DNA of 64,000 nt from an uncultured Spirochaetota bacterium (GTDB lineage Bacteria; Spirochaetota; Brevinematia; Brevinematales; JAOACQ01), in contig CAWAOD010000014.1 in NCBI GenBank assembly GCA_963783575.1, positions 192,001 through 256,000 of the forward strand. Reading direction: 5' to 3'. The position numbers were made by a program, and so were the translations under genes. The notes under the pieces were generated by a model, which had not been told where the DNA came from, did not search any database, and saw only the letters and a program-made list of their open reading frames with translations. Position 1 is the stretch's first letter. Each line of letters begins with the position of its first letter. This document shows, in pieces, positions 1 through 12,664 of the stretch.

Positions 1-525
1 ATGCAGCAAGCAAAATATGATACCGATAATATAGGTCATTATGGCCTGGGTTTTGGTTTTTATACTCATTTTACCTCCCCGATAAGACGATACGCAGATT
101 TGATAGTACACCGGCTTATAAAAGATACTTTCTTAAAAAAAACAAGCGGAACGCATTATACTGAAGAACAGCTCGGTAAAATAGCCGACCATATTTCTTC
201 TATGGAAAGAGTTGCAATGGAAGCGGAAAGGGATTTTTACAAAATCAAAGCTATTCGCTTTATGGAAGGAAGGGAAGGAAAAAGTTATGACGGATTAATA
301 ACCGGAGTATCACCATTCGGGATATTCATCCAGATTAAAAAGTATGGTGTTGAGGGTCTTGTAAGATTTGCGGATATGGATGACGATTATTACATTTTTG
401 ATGAAAATAATTTCAGCGCTTATGGTAAGAGAAACAGGAAAAAATATACTATAGGTGATTCCGTCATGATCAAGGTAGTCAGGGTTAATATTGCAAGAGG
501 TTTTCTTGACCTGGCTTTTGTCTAA
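1..525 (+). CDS. rnr: Ribonuclease R, C-terminal part (5'-partial)
   Basis: RNB motif [19 protein letters not shown] followed by an S1 domain. Confidence 0.92.
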   Translation: MQQAKYDTDNIGHYGLGFGFYTHFTSPIRRYADLIVHRLIKDTFLKKTSGTHYTEEQLGKIADHISSMERVAMEAERDFYKIKAIRFMEGREGKSYDGLITGVSPFGIFIQIKKYGVEGLVRFADMDDDYYIFDENNFSAYGKRNRKKYTIGDSVMIKVVRVNIARGFLDLAFV

Positions 526-536
526 CAAACATGCTG

Positions 537-1496
537 CTATCTGTAAGGATCATAATTAATGTTTTCAAGATCTTCGGGTTTTGTAATTTCCCATCGTGGT
601 GACAGTAGTGTAAACCATTGATCCGGATACTGCCGGATGTAGAATTCATATCTTTGATTGATCCATGTCATAATTGTTTCACAATCTTTATCAAAGTTGC
701 CCGTTGATTTAAATTCAGCCGGTTCTTCATATTTAAAAACATATCTGCCATTGCTCGCCCTGTAACTGACCGCAAACAGGATAGGGGCATGGAATTTCAG
801 ATGAAGCTTTGCCGGTCCATCGGCTGTGGCGCATGGAATGCCGAAAAAAGGAACAAAAATGGGTTTGAAATAGTAAGTCTGGTCTGCTACATTGGCAATA
901 ATCGTATTTTGTTTTAAACTTTTTATTATTTTGGTCAGATCGGTTATTTCGTTATAAAAGCAATGGATATTTCCCTTTTTTTCCCTTATATTTTTAAGCC
1001 ATTTATCGGTTAATGGGTTAGATTGGCGATTAATTATAGCATAGGCGGGCAATCCAAGTTTAGCAGGAATAGTTGCTAAATAATCCCAATTTCCAAGGTG
1101 GGCTGTAACAACAATCAGGCCCTTACCCATTGCCAAAGCTTTGTTTAGATTTTCAAAGCCTTCCAGGCTTCCAAAATTTCGATAATTATTAGCAGTTATT
1201 GACCCGATTTTAAGATATTCAATTATATAGGATGCAGTATGTATGTATAAATTTCTTATTATTTGATTTTTATTCTGTGCCGATAGAATATTTTCTTTAA
1301 AGATAATATCCAGATTTTTATTAGCCTGTTTTTTCCCTTTTGTATCAACAATGAAATATATTTTTCCAATCAATTCAGCCAGCCAGTATGCGATTCTCCA
1401 GGGAATTATCTCAATCAATAAGCCAAGAGGCACCACAACTATATATTCAAGAATTTGGGAAAGCTTAACACTTTGTTTATAATTGCTGGTACCCAG
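537..1496 (-). CDS. Lipid A lauroyl/lysophospholipid acyltransferase (HtrB/LpxL family)
   Basis: AHLGNWD and DQ..FVPFFG motifs. ORF track starts at GTG 1436; frame stays open to a CTG at 1496 preceded by AGGAG. Confidence 0.85.
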   Translation of the reverse strand: MGTSNYKQSVKLSQILEYIVVVPLGLLIEIIPWRIAYWLAELIGKIYFIVDTKGKKQANKNLDIIFKENILSAQNKNQIIRNLYIHTASYIIEYLKIGSITANNYRNFGSLEGFENLNKALAMGKGLIVVTAHLGNWDYLATIPAKLGLPAYAIINRQSNPLTDKWLKNIREKKGNIHCFYNEITDLTKIIKSLKQNTIIANVADQTYYFKPIFVPFFGIPCATADGPAKLHLKFHAPILFAVSYRASNGRYVFKYEEPAEFKSTGNFDKDCETIMTWINQRYEFYIRQYPDQWFTLLSPRWEITKPEDLENINYDPYR

Positions 1497-1505
1497 AAAC
1501 GTCTC

Positions 1506-1925
1506 CTATTTTTTCATTTTATTATTTATTTTTTCTCTCATTTGGGCGGCCAATAATTGGGGAGCTGTAACCTGAGTCTTTATTCTGATGACCTGTTCAA
1601 AGAGATCAACTGCGCCAATATAATCACCTTGCTGATATTTTATATAACCCAATTCATAAGTTGCCCAGGCTCTGGATTCATTGTTGGCATCGTTATCTTC
1701 GGGGAAAAGCACAATTATATTCGAATAATAGTAAGCAGCATCATTGTATAGATCATTCCCGTATTTTTCTGCGGCAAGTTCCAATATCTTTTTAGGCGTT
1801 AATGTTTTCAGCGTGTTTTCAGGTAAAACATTACCCGACCCAGAACAAGCTGTAAATTGTAATGATAATATTATCATAAGCAACATAATAACAATATTTT
1901 TTATCTTCAGAACATTCATTTCCAT
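1506..1925 (-). CDS. TPR lipoprotein (BamD/YfiO-like)
   Basis: Lipobox FTAC and TPR-like helices; GGAG RBS. Confidence 0.65.
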   Translation of the reverse strand: MEMNVLKIKNIVIMLLMIILSLQFTACSGSGNVLPENTLKTLTPKKILELAAEKYGNDLYNDAAYYYSNIIVLFPEDNDANNESRAWATYELGYIKYQQGDYIGAVDLFEQVIRIKTQVTAPQLLAAQMREKINNKMKK

Positions 1926-2226
1926 TAATGACTCCTTATAGTCAATATAAAATAATTTGAATATATTTTAAAACCAAAAATTAAATAAATCAAACTATCA
2001 TCTGCTGTTGTTCGGATTGTGCTTTACCCAAACTGAGCGATTTTTTAATAAATACCAAAAACAGGTTTATAAAAGCCAAAATTTATAAAAATTTGGATAT
2101 ATTTTTTTGTCACCGGTTAATTTGCCGAATTTATGCGTTTGAAAGCACTAAAATCATCAATCTCTGAGATATTTTCAATTTTTGGCGCAATACCCCCTTA
2201 TTAATCCATGAAAACAGAGCGCATCT

Positions 2227-2325
2227 TTAAATCGGGGTAACCGTTCCGCATTTCTCCCACAAATCTAACAATTTAAACCTGTCAACTACTTCTTCCCTGA
2301 ATTTTAAAATAGCCCGCCCGCCTGT
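2227..2325 (-). pseudogene. IS1380 transposase C-terminal 32 codons (TGGRAILKF...TPI*), cut off by the intron
   Basis: Joins in frame with 4342-5625 to give ...IAGKIVK|TGGRAILK..., a typical IS1380 C-terminus. Confidence 0.88.
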
Positions 2326-4341
<2,016 letters not shown>

Positions 4342-5625
4342 TTTAACAATCTTTCCCGCAATATCAATAAATATTCGCCTGACCGTATCCGGATAACTTT
4401 CCACTGGTATTTCCGGTATATCCATATCCGCCTGATAAGCCGACAGCAGATTATACGCTATTATCGATAAAAAATAATATACACCGTTTGATACAAAACT
4501 CTTAAACGGCAGTGTTTCATCCACGAATTCTTTTATTCCACGGTTCACCAGTTCATCTTTTGCCCTCAGATGATAGAGCCTCACTATTTCCTCTGCCGTC
4601 ATATATTTCACAAGCCCCTTTTCTTTCAATACTTCCGCTTCTTCAAGATTTGTATAAATAATATTTTCAGGCCTGTCGAACGCTAATCTGAAAACCCCGT
4701 CTTCACATTCATATTTGGTATAAATGGCACGGTATCCCTTTTCCCAGCTATCCCGTCTGTCCCGAAAGTCCAGGTATTCAATTACATCTCCTTTTTTCTC
4801 AAACCTTCTCCATTCTTCCGGCAATCGCTTCATCAAATCGAGTTTGATTGAATCCAGTATTCTCCCGCCGCATATAAAGAACAGTTTCAGGTCTTCCAGC
4901 TTCTTAAAATACTTTTGGTCAAAAAACCCGCTATCAGACACAACGATAATCGGCACCTCTTTGTCATAGCATTTCCGGATTTCCTTCACTGTTTCTTCCA
5001 GCATTGTAAACAGATCGTCACCGTGATTCGGGGATTCGCTTCCTTCGTGGAACGCCAGGTTCACGATAAAACCATTCCAATACATATGCAGCGGATGATA
5101 CCCGTTAACCTTTTTGTAGGTATAAGTCACGCCGTTTCGCTTTTTAGCGTCATCATTATTCAGTACCATCGTATCAAGTCCGAGAATAATAACTTTCGGG
5201 TTCTTTATCTTGAGACGCCAGACAAAAAGCTTAATTAGAATCTTTTGAAGCTCTTTAAACATTGTCTTTTTTACCACTGAAAAAAATCTCTTTATCACAT
5301 GGGATGAGCACATATTGTCTTTGCTGCATTCAATGGCCTTTCTGTGCCCGATATCATTTGCCAATTCATCAAACCGGGTCATGGTAAATTTGCTTCCATC
5401 TATGAAAAACAGCATCAATTGAGAAATAATTTTTTCTATATCTTTACCTTTGCGGCTCTTGCGAATTCCCTGAAATACTTCGCTGATCAGGGGAATAACT
5501 TTAATATTCTTGAGATATCTCAGGACAAACGTAAGCCCGCCGCGGCTGGTAAGACAATCTTTCGTTATGCCGATTTTTTGAATCTCATTTCCCTGAATTT
5601 TGCGATTTTTATTTTTTTCAGTCAT
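4342..5625 (-). pseudogene. IS1380-family DDE transposase, N-terminal 428 codons (interrupted)
   Basis: LTSRGGL, LDT..GYHPL, DSGFF and Y..R..E motifs; reads into intron antisense sequence and stops at 4333. Confidence 0.9.
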
Positions 5626-5757
5626 AATTTACCTGCTTTTGCACCCAATGGGTGTTATTCCGGGGTAAGGATGGCTGTAACCATTTCCTTACCCCATTTT
5701 ATTTTAGCATGGTTTTATTTTTATGGATAGTTAAGAATCGCTCAGTTTAGGCTTTAC

Positions 5758-6306
5758 TCATAAGAAATTTTGATTATCAATAAATATACCATAATCCCTT
5801 TCAGAATAAAATACAAGATAAACTTTTTCTATTAAAGTATTTTTATTATTTTGGAAATATTTTTTTAATGTATTGGAAACAATCTGAGCGGACCGATCAC
5901 CTGGAAATCCGTATATTCCAGTCGAAATGGCAGGAAAAGAAACGGATTTGCAAAATAAATTCTCTGTTTCTTTAAGTGAATTCAAATAAGCATCTTCCAA
6001 TACTTTATCTTCGTTAGAATTTCCATTATGCCAGACCGGTCCAACAGTATGGATAACATATTTTGCCGGGAGATTGCCTCCGCTTGTTGTTACAGCCTGG
6101 CCGGGCGGCAATCCTTGAGGGTATTTATTTTTACGGATTTCTTTGCACTCCTCAAGAATTTTTGGCCCACCAATAAAATGAATTGCTCCATCAACCCCTC
6201 CGCCGCCTAAAAGACTTGAATTGGCGGCATTGACAATAGCATCAGTTTTTTGTTTTGTAATATCCCCAACTATCACAATAACCTTATCATTTAAGTAACT
6301 CTGCAC
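5758..6306 (-). CDS. Macro-domain O-acetyl-ADP-ribose deacetylase (YmdB-like)
   Basis: GDIT, AIVNAAN, GGGVDGAIH, HTVGP, FPAISTGIYGFP. Confidence 0.93.
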   Translation of the reverse strand: MQSYLNDKVIVIVGDITKQKTDAIVNAANSSLLGGGGVDGAIHFIGGPKILEECKEIRKNKYPQGLPPGQAVTTSGGNLPAKYVIHTVGPVWHNGNSNEDKVLEDAYLNSLKETENLFCKSVSFPAISTGIYGFPGDRSAQIVSNTLKKYFQNNKNTLIEKVYLVFYSERDYGIFIDNQNFL

Positions 6307-6333
6307 TCCTTACCTCCTGATTTGTTTTTTAAA

Positions 6334-6375
6334 AAGCGTGATCCTTCGTTATACTCAGGGCATGCTTCTTGACCC
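6334..6375. repeat. REP-like dispersed repeat, copy 1
   Basis: aagcgtga...agggcatgcttcttgaccc; 32/42 identical to 60187-60228. Confidence 0.6.
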
Positions 6376-6695
6376 GATTTAGATTCCTTATGCAACAAAG
6401 TTGCGTATAGCTTTGTTTCAATCCTTTCCTTTAGAGTTTTTATGTAATACCGCACAGCTAGCTGTGTGGTTGTTTATTAAAATTTAACATATTAAATAAA
6501 TATACGCAATAATTTTGTTTTGTTACCAAATTTTTCAAAATATTAAAACTTTATAATTTTATGAAATAATATTTAAATCTTGATGTTAAATTCCTTGACT
6601 TGAAATATTTTTGTAATACAATATTGGAAGCTTAAATTAAATTTTTTATCTTGAAAATATTTATAGATATACTGTTTCTTGTATAAGGGGTTTTC

Positions 6696-9359
6696 ATGCC
6701 TAACGAAAGAATTCTAATAGTCGAGGATGAAATCATTGTTGCAAAAGATATACAAGGTATACTTATAAATCAAGGTTATGATGCGCCGGTAATCTGTATA
6801 TCCGGTAAAGATGCAATATATAAGGCAGAAATATTTAAACCTGATCTTGTTTTGATGGATGTTTTACTGAAAGATAAGGAAGATGGCATAGATGTGGCTC
6901 ACACTATACATTCAAGATTTGGAATACCGGTTATATTTCTAACCGCTTATAAGGACGAAAAAACTCTTTCACGGGCTATGAAGACAGAACCATACGGCTA
7001 TTTGTTAAAACCCTTTGCGGACAAAGAGTTGTATACAACGATTGAAATTGCTTTGTATAAATATAAAATGGAGCTTAAATTAAAAGAAAGTGAAGACCGG
7101 TATAGAAGCCTTGTTGAATTATCTCCCGATTCAATTTTTATTTGCATTAATAAGAGAATAGTATTTGTCAACGGTTCCTGTCTGAAATTATTGGGTGCCG
7201 AAAAAACGGATGACCTACTTGGCTTATCAATTAAGGATTTTATTAATCCGGATTATTGGGATATAAATAAAAGAAATCTGGAAAATCCCGATGAAATAGT
7301 AAACAATTTATGGATAGAAGAGATTTTTATCCGGCTTGATGGAAAATCCATTTATGTGGAAGCGGCTTCAAGTTTTTTTTCTTATCAGGGTAAAAAAGCT
7401 TTGCAAATTGTGGCAAAGGATATTACCGAAAGGAAACAAAATGAACAGGCTTTGAAAGAAAGTGAAGAAAAATTCCGCACATTGGCTGAAACAGTTCAAT
7501 CATCGATATTTATCCTTAAAAACAATCAATTTAGTTATGTAAATTCATCGGCGGAATCATTAACCGATTATGATAGAAGTGAATTGATCGGTATGATATT
7601 CTGGAAAATAATTCATCCCGATGATCAGGAAAGAATTCGAAAAAAAATTGCAATCCGGACAGGGTCAGATTATAAACCTTCAAAATTCGAGTTAAAGATA
7701 ATTACTAAAAGTCGTAAAGTTAAGTGGATATATGCTGCGGATGAATTGATCGTACTTGGCGGAAAAACAACCATACTAATCGCAGCATTTGAAATAACAA
7801 AAATAAAGGAAACAGAAGAAGCCCTTTTGGAAGAGAGAGAAAGGCTTTCCGTCACATTAAAATCAATAAGCGACGGTGTTATAGCCGTGAATATGGAAGG
7901 CAGGATAATTTTATTCAACCAGGCTTCTGAGAATATTACAGGATGGAATGAAAAAGAAGCATTAGGTTTATCATTATACAGGGTTTTTCATATTATTAAT
8001 GAAAAAACTCATGAAAAATCTAAGGATATTGTGGGTAATGTACTGACTAATGATGATATTGTTAATTTTGAAATGAATATTGTATTAATAACAAAACAGA
8101 ATAAAGAAATACTGATTCAGGAAACCGCTTCTCCGCTCAAAGACGGCTATGGTAATAAAATAGGGGCAGTTATTGTTTTCAGGGATATCAGTGAAAAACA
8201 GAAAAGAGAAGAAGAGATTAATAAGATACAGAAACTTGAGTCGCTAGGTTTATTAGCCGGTGGGATTGCTCATGATTTTAATAATTTATTGACAGCAATT
8301 CTTGGTAATCTTTCTCTTTCTCAATTAAAGACCAAAGATGATGAAGAAATATCTCTTTTATTAAAAGAAGCTGAAAATGCCTGCTGGAGAGCGAGAGAAC
8401 TCACACAGCAGCTTCTAACATTTGCTAAAGGAGGTATTTCTGTAAAAAAGATACAGGATATCAAGGAATTGATAAAAACCACCACATTATTTTCACTTCG
8501 CGGTTCAAATGTAATAGCAGATTTTCAATTTTCCAATACTCCGGTTTATCTTGAAATGGATGTCGGACAAATTAATCAGGTTATTCAGAATTTAATCATA
8601 AATGCGAGAGAAGCTATGCCTCTTGGTGGTTCAATAATAATTAATGTCGATTCAATAACTTTAAAGAAAGGGGAAGCTATTAAGGTTCTTAATGAAGGTG
8701 CGGATATGAAACCAGGTAATTACATCAGAATTAAAATAAAAGATGAAGGAATCGGAATAGAACCAAAATTTATACAAAAAATCTTTGACCCTTATTTTAC
8801 AACGAAGCAAAAGGGCAGCGGTCTTGGATTATCCATTGTTTATTCGGTAATAAAAAAGCATGGCGGTTACATAATTGTTGATTCAACAGTTGGGGTTGGA
8901 ACTGAGTTTATTATTTATCTTCCCACAGGTGCTGATCTGCCGAATACTACTGATAAAATTGATATAAAAATTCTTAAAGGTAAGGGCAGAATACTTGTAA
9001 TGGATGATGAAGAATCAATTTTGATGCTTATGGATAAGATTTTAAATGTACTTGGATATGAAAGGGATTTTGCAAAAGACGGTAAAGAAGTTATAGAAAA
9101 GTATAAATATTCAATAGAAAACGGGAGACCATTTGATTTAATAATCATGGATTTGACTGTACCTGGAAAAATGGGAGGGAAAGACGCTGCCGAAGAATTG
9201 TTTAAAATAAATCCGGAAATTAAGATCATTATTTCAAGCGGTTATTCAAATGAAGCTATAATCTCTGAATATCGTTCTTATGGATTTTCAGGTGTAATAA
9301 CAAAACCTTTTAATATAAAAGAATTGTCAGGCGAAATCGCAAGTGTAATGTCAAAATAA
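6696..9359 (+). CDS. Hybrid sensor histidine kinase (REC-PAS-PAS-PAS-HisKA-HATPase-REC)
   Basis: N- and C-terminal receiver domains, PAS DITE motifs, IAHDFNN H-box, GSGLGL. Confidence 0.93.
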   Translation: MPNERILIVEDEIIVAKDIQGILINQGYDAPVICISGKDAIYKAEIFKPDLVLMDVLLKDKEDGIDVAHTIHSRFGIPVIFLTAYKDEKTLSRAMKTEPYGYLLKPFADKELYTTIEIALYKYKMELKLKESEDRYRSLVELSPDSIFICINKRIVFVNGSCLKLLGAEKTDDLLGLSIKDFINPDYWDINKRNLENPDEIVNNLWIEEIFIRLDGKSIYVEAASSFFSYQGKKALQIVAKDITERKQNEQALKESEEKFRTLAETVQSSIFILKNNQFSYVNSSAESLTDYDRSELIGMIFWKIIHPDDQERIRKKIAIRTGSDYKPSKFELKIITKSRKVKWIYAADELIVLGGKTTILIAAFEITKIKETEEALLEERERLSVTLKSISDGVIAVNMEGRIILFNQASENITGWNEKEALGLSLYRVFHIINEKTHEKSKDIVGNVLTNDDIVNFEMNIVLITKQNKEILIQETASPLKDGYGNKIGAVIVFRDISEKQKREEEINKIQKLESLGLLAGGIAHDFNNLLTAILGNLSLSQLKTKDDEEISLLLKEAENACWRARELTQQLLTFAKGGISVKKIQDIKELIKTTTLFSLRGSNVIADFQFSNTPVYLEMDVGQINQVIQNLIINAREAMPLGGSIIINVDSITLKKGEAIKVLNEGADMKPGNYIRIKIKDEGIGIEPKFIQKIFDPYFTTKQKGSGLGLSIVYSVIKKHGGYIIVDSTVGVGTEFIIYLPTGADLPNTTDKIDIKILKGKGRILVMDDEESILMLMDKILNVLGYERDFAKDGKEVIEKYKYSIENGRPFDLIIMDLTVPGKMGGKDAAEELFKINPEIKIIISSGYSNEAIISEYRSYGFSGVITKPFNIKELSGEIASVMSK

Positions 9360-9386
9360 AATTTTTATTCTAAATTCTTAAATATT

Positions 9387-9460
9387 TGGGCGGTACTGGC
9401 CTCGAACCAGTGACCCCCTGCATGTCGAGCAGGTACTCTAACCAGCTGAGCTAACCGCCC
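9387..9460 (-). tRNA. tRNA-Val(GAC)
   Basis: Cloverleaf; anticodon arm cctgc-tcGACat-gcagg; CCA not encoded. Confidence 0.93.
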
Positions 9461-9474
9461 CGGTTTCAAAATAT

Positions 9475-9548
9475 TGGTCGGTACTGGACTCGAACCAGTG
9501 ACCTCTTGCATGTGAGGCAAGCGCTCTAACCAACTGAGCTAATCGACC
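9475..9548 (-). tRNA. tRNA-Val(CAC)
   Basis: Cloverleaf; anticodon arm cttgc-ctCACat-gcaag; A6-C67 mismatch in acceptor stem. Confidence 0.93.
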
Positions 9549-9783
9549 CAATATTGAAACTGACTGAAATATTTTAATATAAATCTGTTCTTTTATCAAA
9601 AATTCTATAAAAAAAATAAATATGGAATCTTATGTCTCAATTCTGATTATATAGATTAAGCCAATTAACGGATTTCAATTCTTTGGTATAAGTAGCTGAA
9701 TCATTATAATAAATAGAGTTAACAATATGGCAGGGCAGACAATAGCTTTTTACATATAAAAATCTAGAATATAGAAATAAAAA

Positions 9784-9856
<73 letters not shown>

Positions 9857-9945
9857 AAATCAAATCAAATTATATAATTTCATTTTTTTAAGGTTAAAAA
9901 TTTTAAAGTCAGCCGGGAAATTTGTCAAATTTTATAAATTGAGAT

Positions 9946-10599
9946 ATGATAAACCGAATTTTAAATTGGTTGTTAATTAATATTGTGAGCAATACATTTA
10001 TGAAATTTGTTTATTTTATAATGATTTTTCCGCTTCTATCATTATTATCATGTACCGTAAAAGATTTGAATATAAAAAATGAATCTTCGCATAATAATCA
10101 ATTCAGTGATATTAAAAAAGAGAAAATTCATAAACAACCAGTGTATAAATTCTCTTATTCTCCGTATGATTCTATAGAAGTTCAAAATAAAGAAGCTTAT
10201 AATTATGCATTTAATATTATACTGAATAAGCTCATTTATTTCATTGAAAAAACAATTCCGAACAATTCTATAAATGTCATTGCGGTTTTTGAACTTAAAC
10301 CGGCAACTAAAAACCCAACTTTTCAGGAAAGGATGAATGGTAAAGCGGTAAGGGGCTGGAATATTTATGATGAAAATATTATTCCGATCGCAGAGCGGGA
10401 TATTGAAGAAATGAGCGGGGGTTTTGTCAGGGAAGATATGAAAAATATTCCCAAAGCATTTTATTATATTGAAATAAATGGAAATATGGGTAACGTCTAT
10501 ATCCGATACTGGATTCTCCAGTTCAGAAATTTTGATTTTATCTATAATCTTGAAAAAAATGGAAAATGGAGAATTGTTAATTCCCAGCAATTAAATTAA
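9946..10599 (+). CDS. Hypothetical lipoprotein
   Basis: LLSC lipobox after a hydrophobic stretch; true start may be ATG 10000 (MKFVYF). Confidence 0.55.
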   Translation: MINRILNWLLINIVSNTFMKFVYFIMIFPLLSLLSCTVKDLNIKNESSHNNQFSDIKKEKIHKQPVYKFSYSPYDSIEVQNKEAYNYAFNIILNKLIYFIEKTIPNNSINVIAVFELKPATKNPTFQERMNGKAVRGWNIYDENIIPIAERDIEEMSGGFVREDMKNIPKAFYYIEINGNMGNVYIRYWILQFRNFDFIYNLEKNGKWRIVNSQQLN

Positions 10600-11137
10600 A
10601 AATTGTTAGTGTTTTATATGGATTTATTCCTTTTGTTTCAGGGCTTGAAAGATTCGATCTATGCAGAAAATTGTTAATAAAACAGATAAAGCCATAAGTA
10701 AAAAAGGAATTCTAAAACTCAGGTAATGTCCTAAAAGGATAATAAAAAATCCGGCGACAAGTGTTATTCCGAGGGTCCTTAAACGAATATACTGGCATAG
10801 CTCGGTATTCCGGGACGGTGAATTTTTTTTTCAACAATAAATCCATTGAAGTTATATCCTAGGAAGCCAGGGATGTCTCCGGCGCTGAAAAACATTGATA
10901 TTGACGGAACCCCAAAAAGTATTCCTTCCGCGGCAATCCCTTCCGATAAAATCAAACAAAAGGCGGGAAATTATTTCGGTGGCTTCGATATTTATTTCAA
11001 CTTCAATAAGGCTTAAAGGGTCACTGGCTATTGTACGGATATGAGACCAGCTAAAACTGCTGCGAAAGGCCTCGAATGTATATTTCAACCCGGTTTCCTC
11101 TCCGGGAAACTTATTCTATTTTATCTGGAATCTTATA

Positions 11138-11446
11138 ATGGTTGTTTTTATAGCAAAGTATCTCTTTACAGGAACTCTGCAGTTCTCTGCGGATGACATT
11201 CCTGAAGATATCATTCGTCATTTTGGTATAACACCCAGGGAAAAAGAAATCGTTGTCATGATCGCCATGGGTTTTACCAACAAAATGATGGCTTCCGCTC
11301 TGGGTATAGCCAAATTAACGGTCAGAAATCATGTTTATAATATCTATCAGAAAACAAAGGCTAAGAGTAAAATTGATTTAATCAATCTGTTAAATCATAA
11401 AAGACAAACGATTGAGCCTAAAATTACCGCGATATTTCCCAGATAA
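11138..11446 (+). pseudogene. LuxR-type HTH regulator, probably an N-terminally truncated remnant
   Basis: ITPREKEIV..GFTNK..TVRNHVYNIYQK; upstream in-frame NLFYFIWNLI looks like the end of a TM helix; in-frame stop at 11042; no clear RBS. Confidence 0.55.
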
Positions 11447-11456
11447 ATTGACATTT

Positions 11457-12653
11457 TCATCCAGTAAAGCCCTGATCTGTAATTTCTTTTATCGCTTTCG
11501 CCAGCCTCTTGATTCCCTCTTCGATCGTAGCCTCATTTTCGCATGAATAATTCAGCCTGAGTGTATTGACATTTTCCTCATCAACATAAAAGGGATCGCC
11601 TGGAACAAATGCGACGTTTTCACGAATCGCGATATCGAATAATTTCAATGAAGATATTCCCGCGGGCAAAGTAACCCAGATAAACATACCGCCTTCCGGC
11701 CTGGTAAACCCGACGCCCTTCGGAAAATATTTTTCAATGGATTCCACCATTTTATCCCGCTGTGCCTTATACATCAGCCTTACTTTTTCGATATGCTTAT
11801 CCAGAGGGTTATCCATAAGATGCTGATAAACCACCCTCTGGGAGAAGTAATTTGTATGAAGATCAGCGGCCTGCTTTGCAGTGATAAGCCTGTCCATTAT
11901 CTCACTGTCAGCGCAGATCCATCCCAACCGGAACGAAGGAGCAACAATCTTTGAAAAAGTGCCAAGAAGTATATTATTCTCTTCCTTATAAGTCTTTAAT
12001 GAAGCTTTATCTTTTCCCAGAAAGCGCAGTTCTCCGTATGGATCATCCTCAATAAAAATCACGGGATAATCTTTCAGAATACCGGCGACTTCCCTTCTTT
12101 TTTCTTCCGAATAACTTATGCCTGAGGGATTCTGGAAATTCGGCACCGAATAATATAGTTTTACAGGGTATTGGGAAAGTACCTTTTTAAGAGAAGCAGT
12201 GTCAATACCGTCATCATTCAATTCCACCGGATGAAATTCAGGTTCAAAGATGGACAGTGCCTGGATGGCCCCCAGATAACCCGGTTTCTCTATGATAATA
12301 TGATCTCCCTTGTTTATGAAAATTTTACCGATAAGGTCGAGTGCCTGCTGGGAACCGTTAGTGATGAGTATGTTATCCGCAGGGATCCTGATGTTTTTCC
12401 TTTTTAAATATCTTTCGGAGATATATTCCCGGAGTGGAAGATATCCCTCTGTTGTGCTGTACTGAAGCGTGTTCCTGCCGTCTTTTTCCAGAACTTCACT
12501 GGATGCCTTCCTGATCTCTTCTACAGGGAAGGATTCAGGATTTGGAAGCCCGCCCGCAAAGGAAATGATCCCTGGATTTTCAGTAACCTTCAATATTTCC
12601 CTGATAAATGATTTTTTAACCTGGTTCATTCTGTCTGCAAATAAATTGATCAT
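11457..12653 (-). CDS. PLP-dependent class I aminotransferase (LysN/2-aminoadipate transaminase-like)
   Basis: SFAGGLP, PNFQNPSG, EDDPYGEL, GTFSKIVAPSFRLGW. Confidence 0.9.
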   Translation of the reverse strand: MINLFADRMNQVKKSFIREILKVTENPGIISFAGGLPNPESFPVEEIRKASSEVLEKDGRNTLQYSTTEGYLPLREYISERYLKRKNIRIPADNILITNGSQQALDLIGKIFINKGDHIIIEKPGYLGAIQALSIFEPEFHPVELNDDGIDTASLKKVLSQYPVKLYYSVPNFQNPSGISYSEEKRREVAGILKDYPVIFIEDDPYGELRFLGKDKASLKTYKEENNILLGTFSKIVAPSFRLGWICADSEIMDRLITAKQAADLHTNYFSQRVVYQHLMDNPLDKHIEKVRLMYKAQRDKMVESIEKYFPKGVGFTRPEGGMFIWVTLPAGISSLKLFDIAIRENVAFVPGDPFYVDEENVNTLRLNYSCENEATIEEGIKRLAKAIKEITDQGFTG

Positions 12654-12664
12654 AATTCCTCCTG

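Noticed and set aside
10048..10590. 180-aa minus-strand ORF
   Set aside because: Antisense shadow of the lipoprotein gene; the same applies to most short nested ORFs in the track
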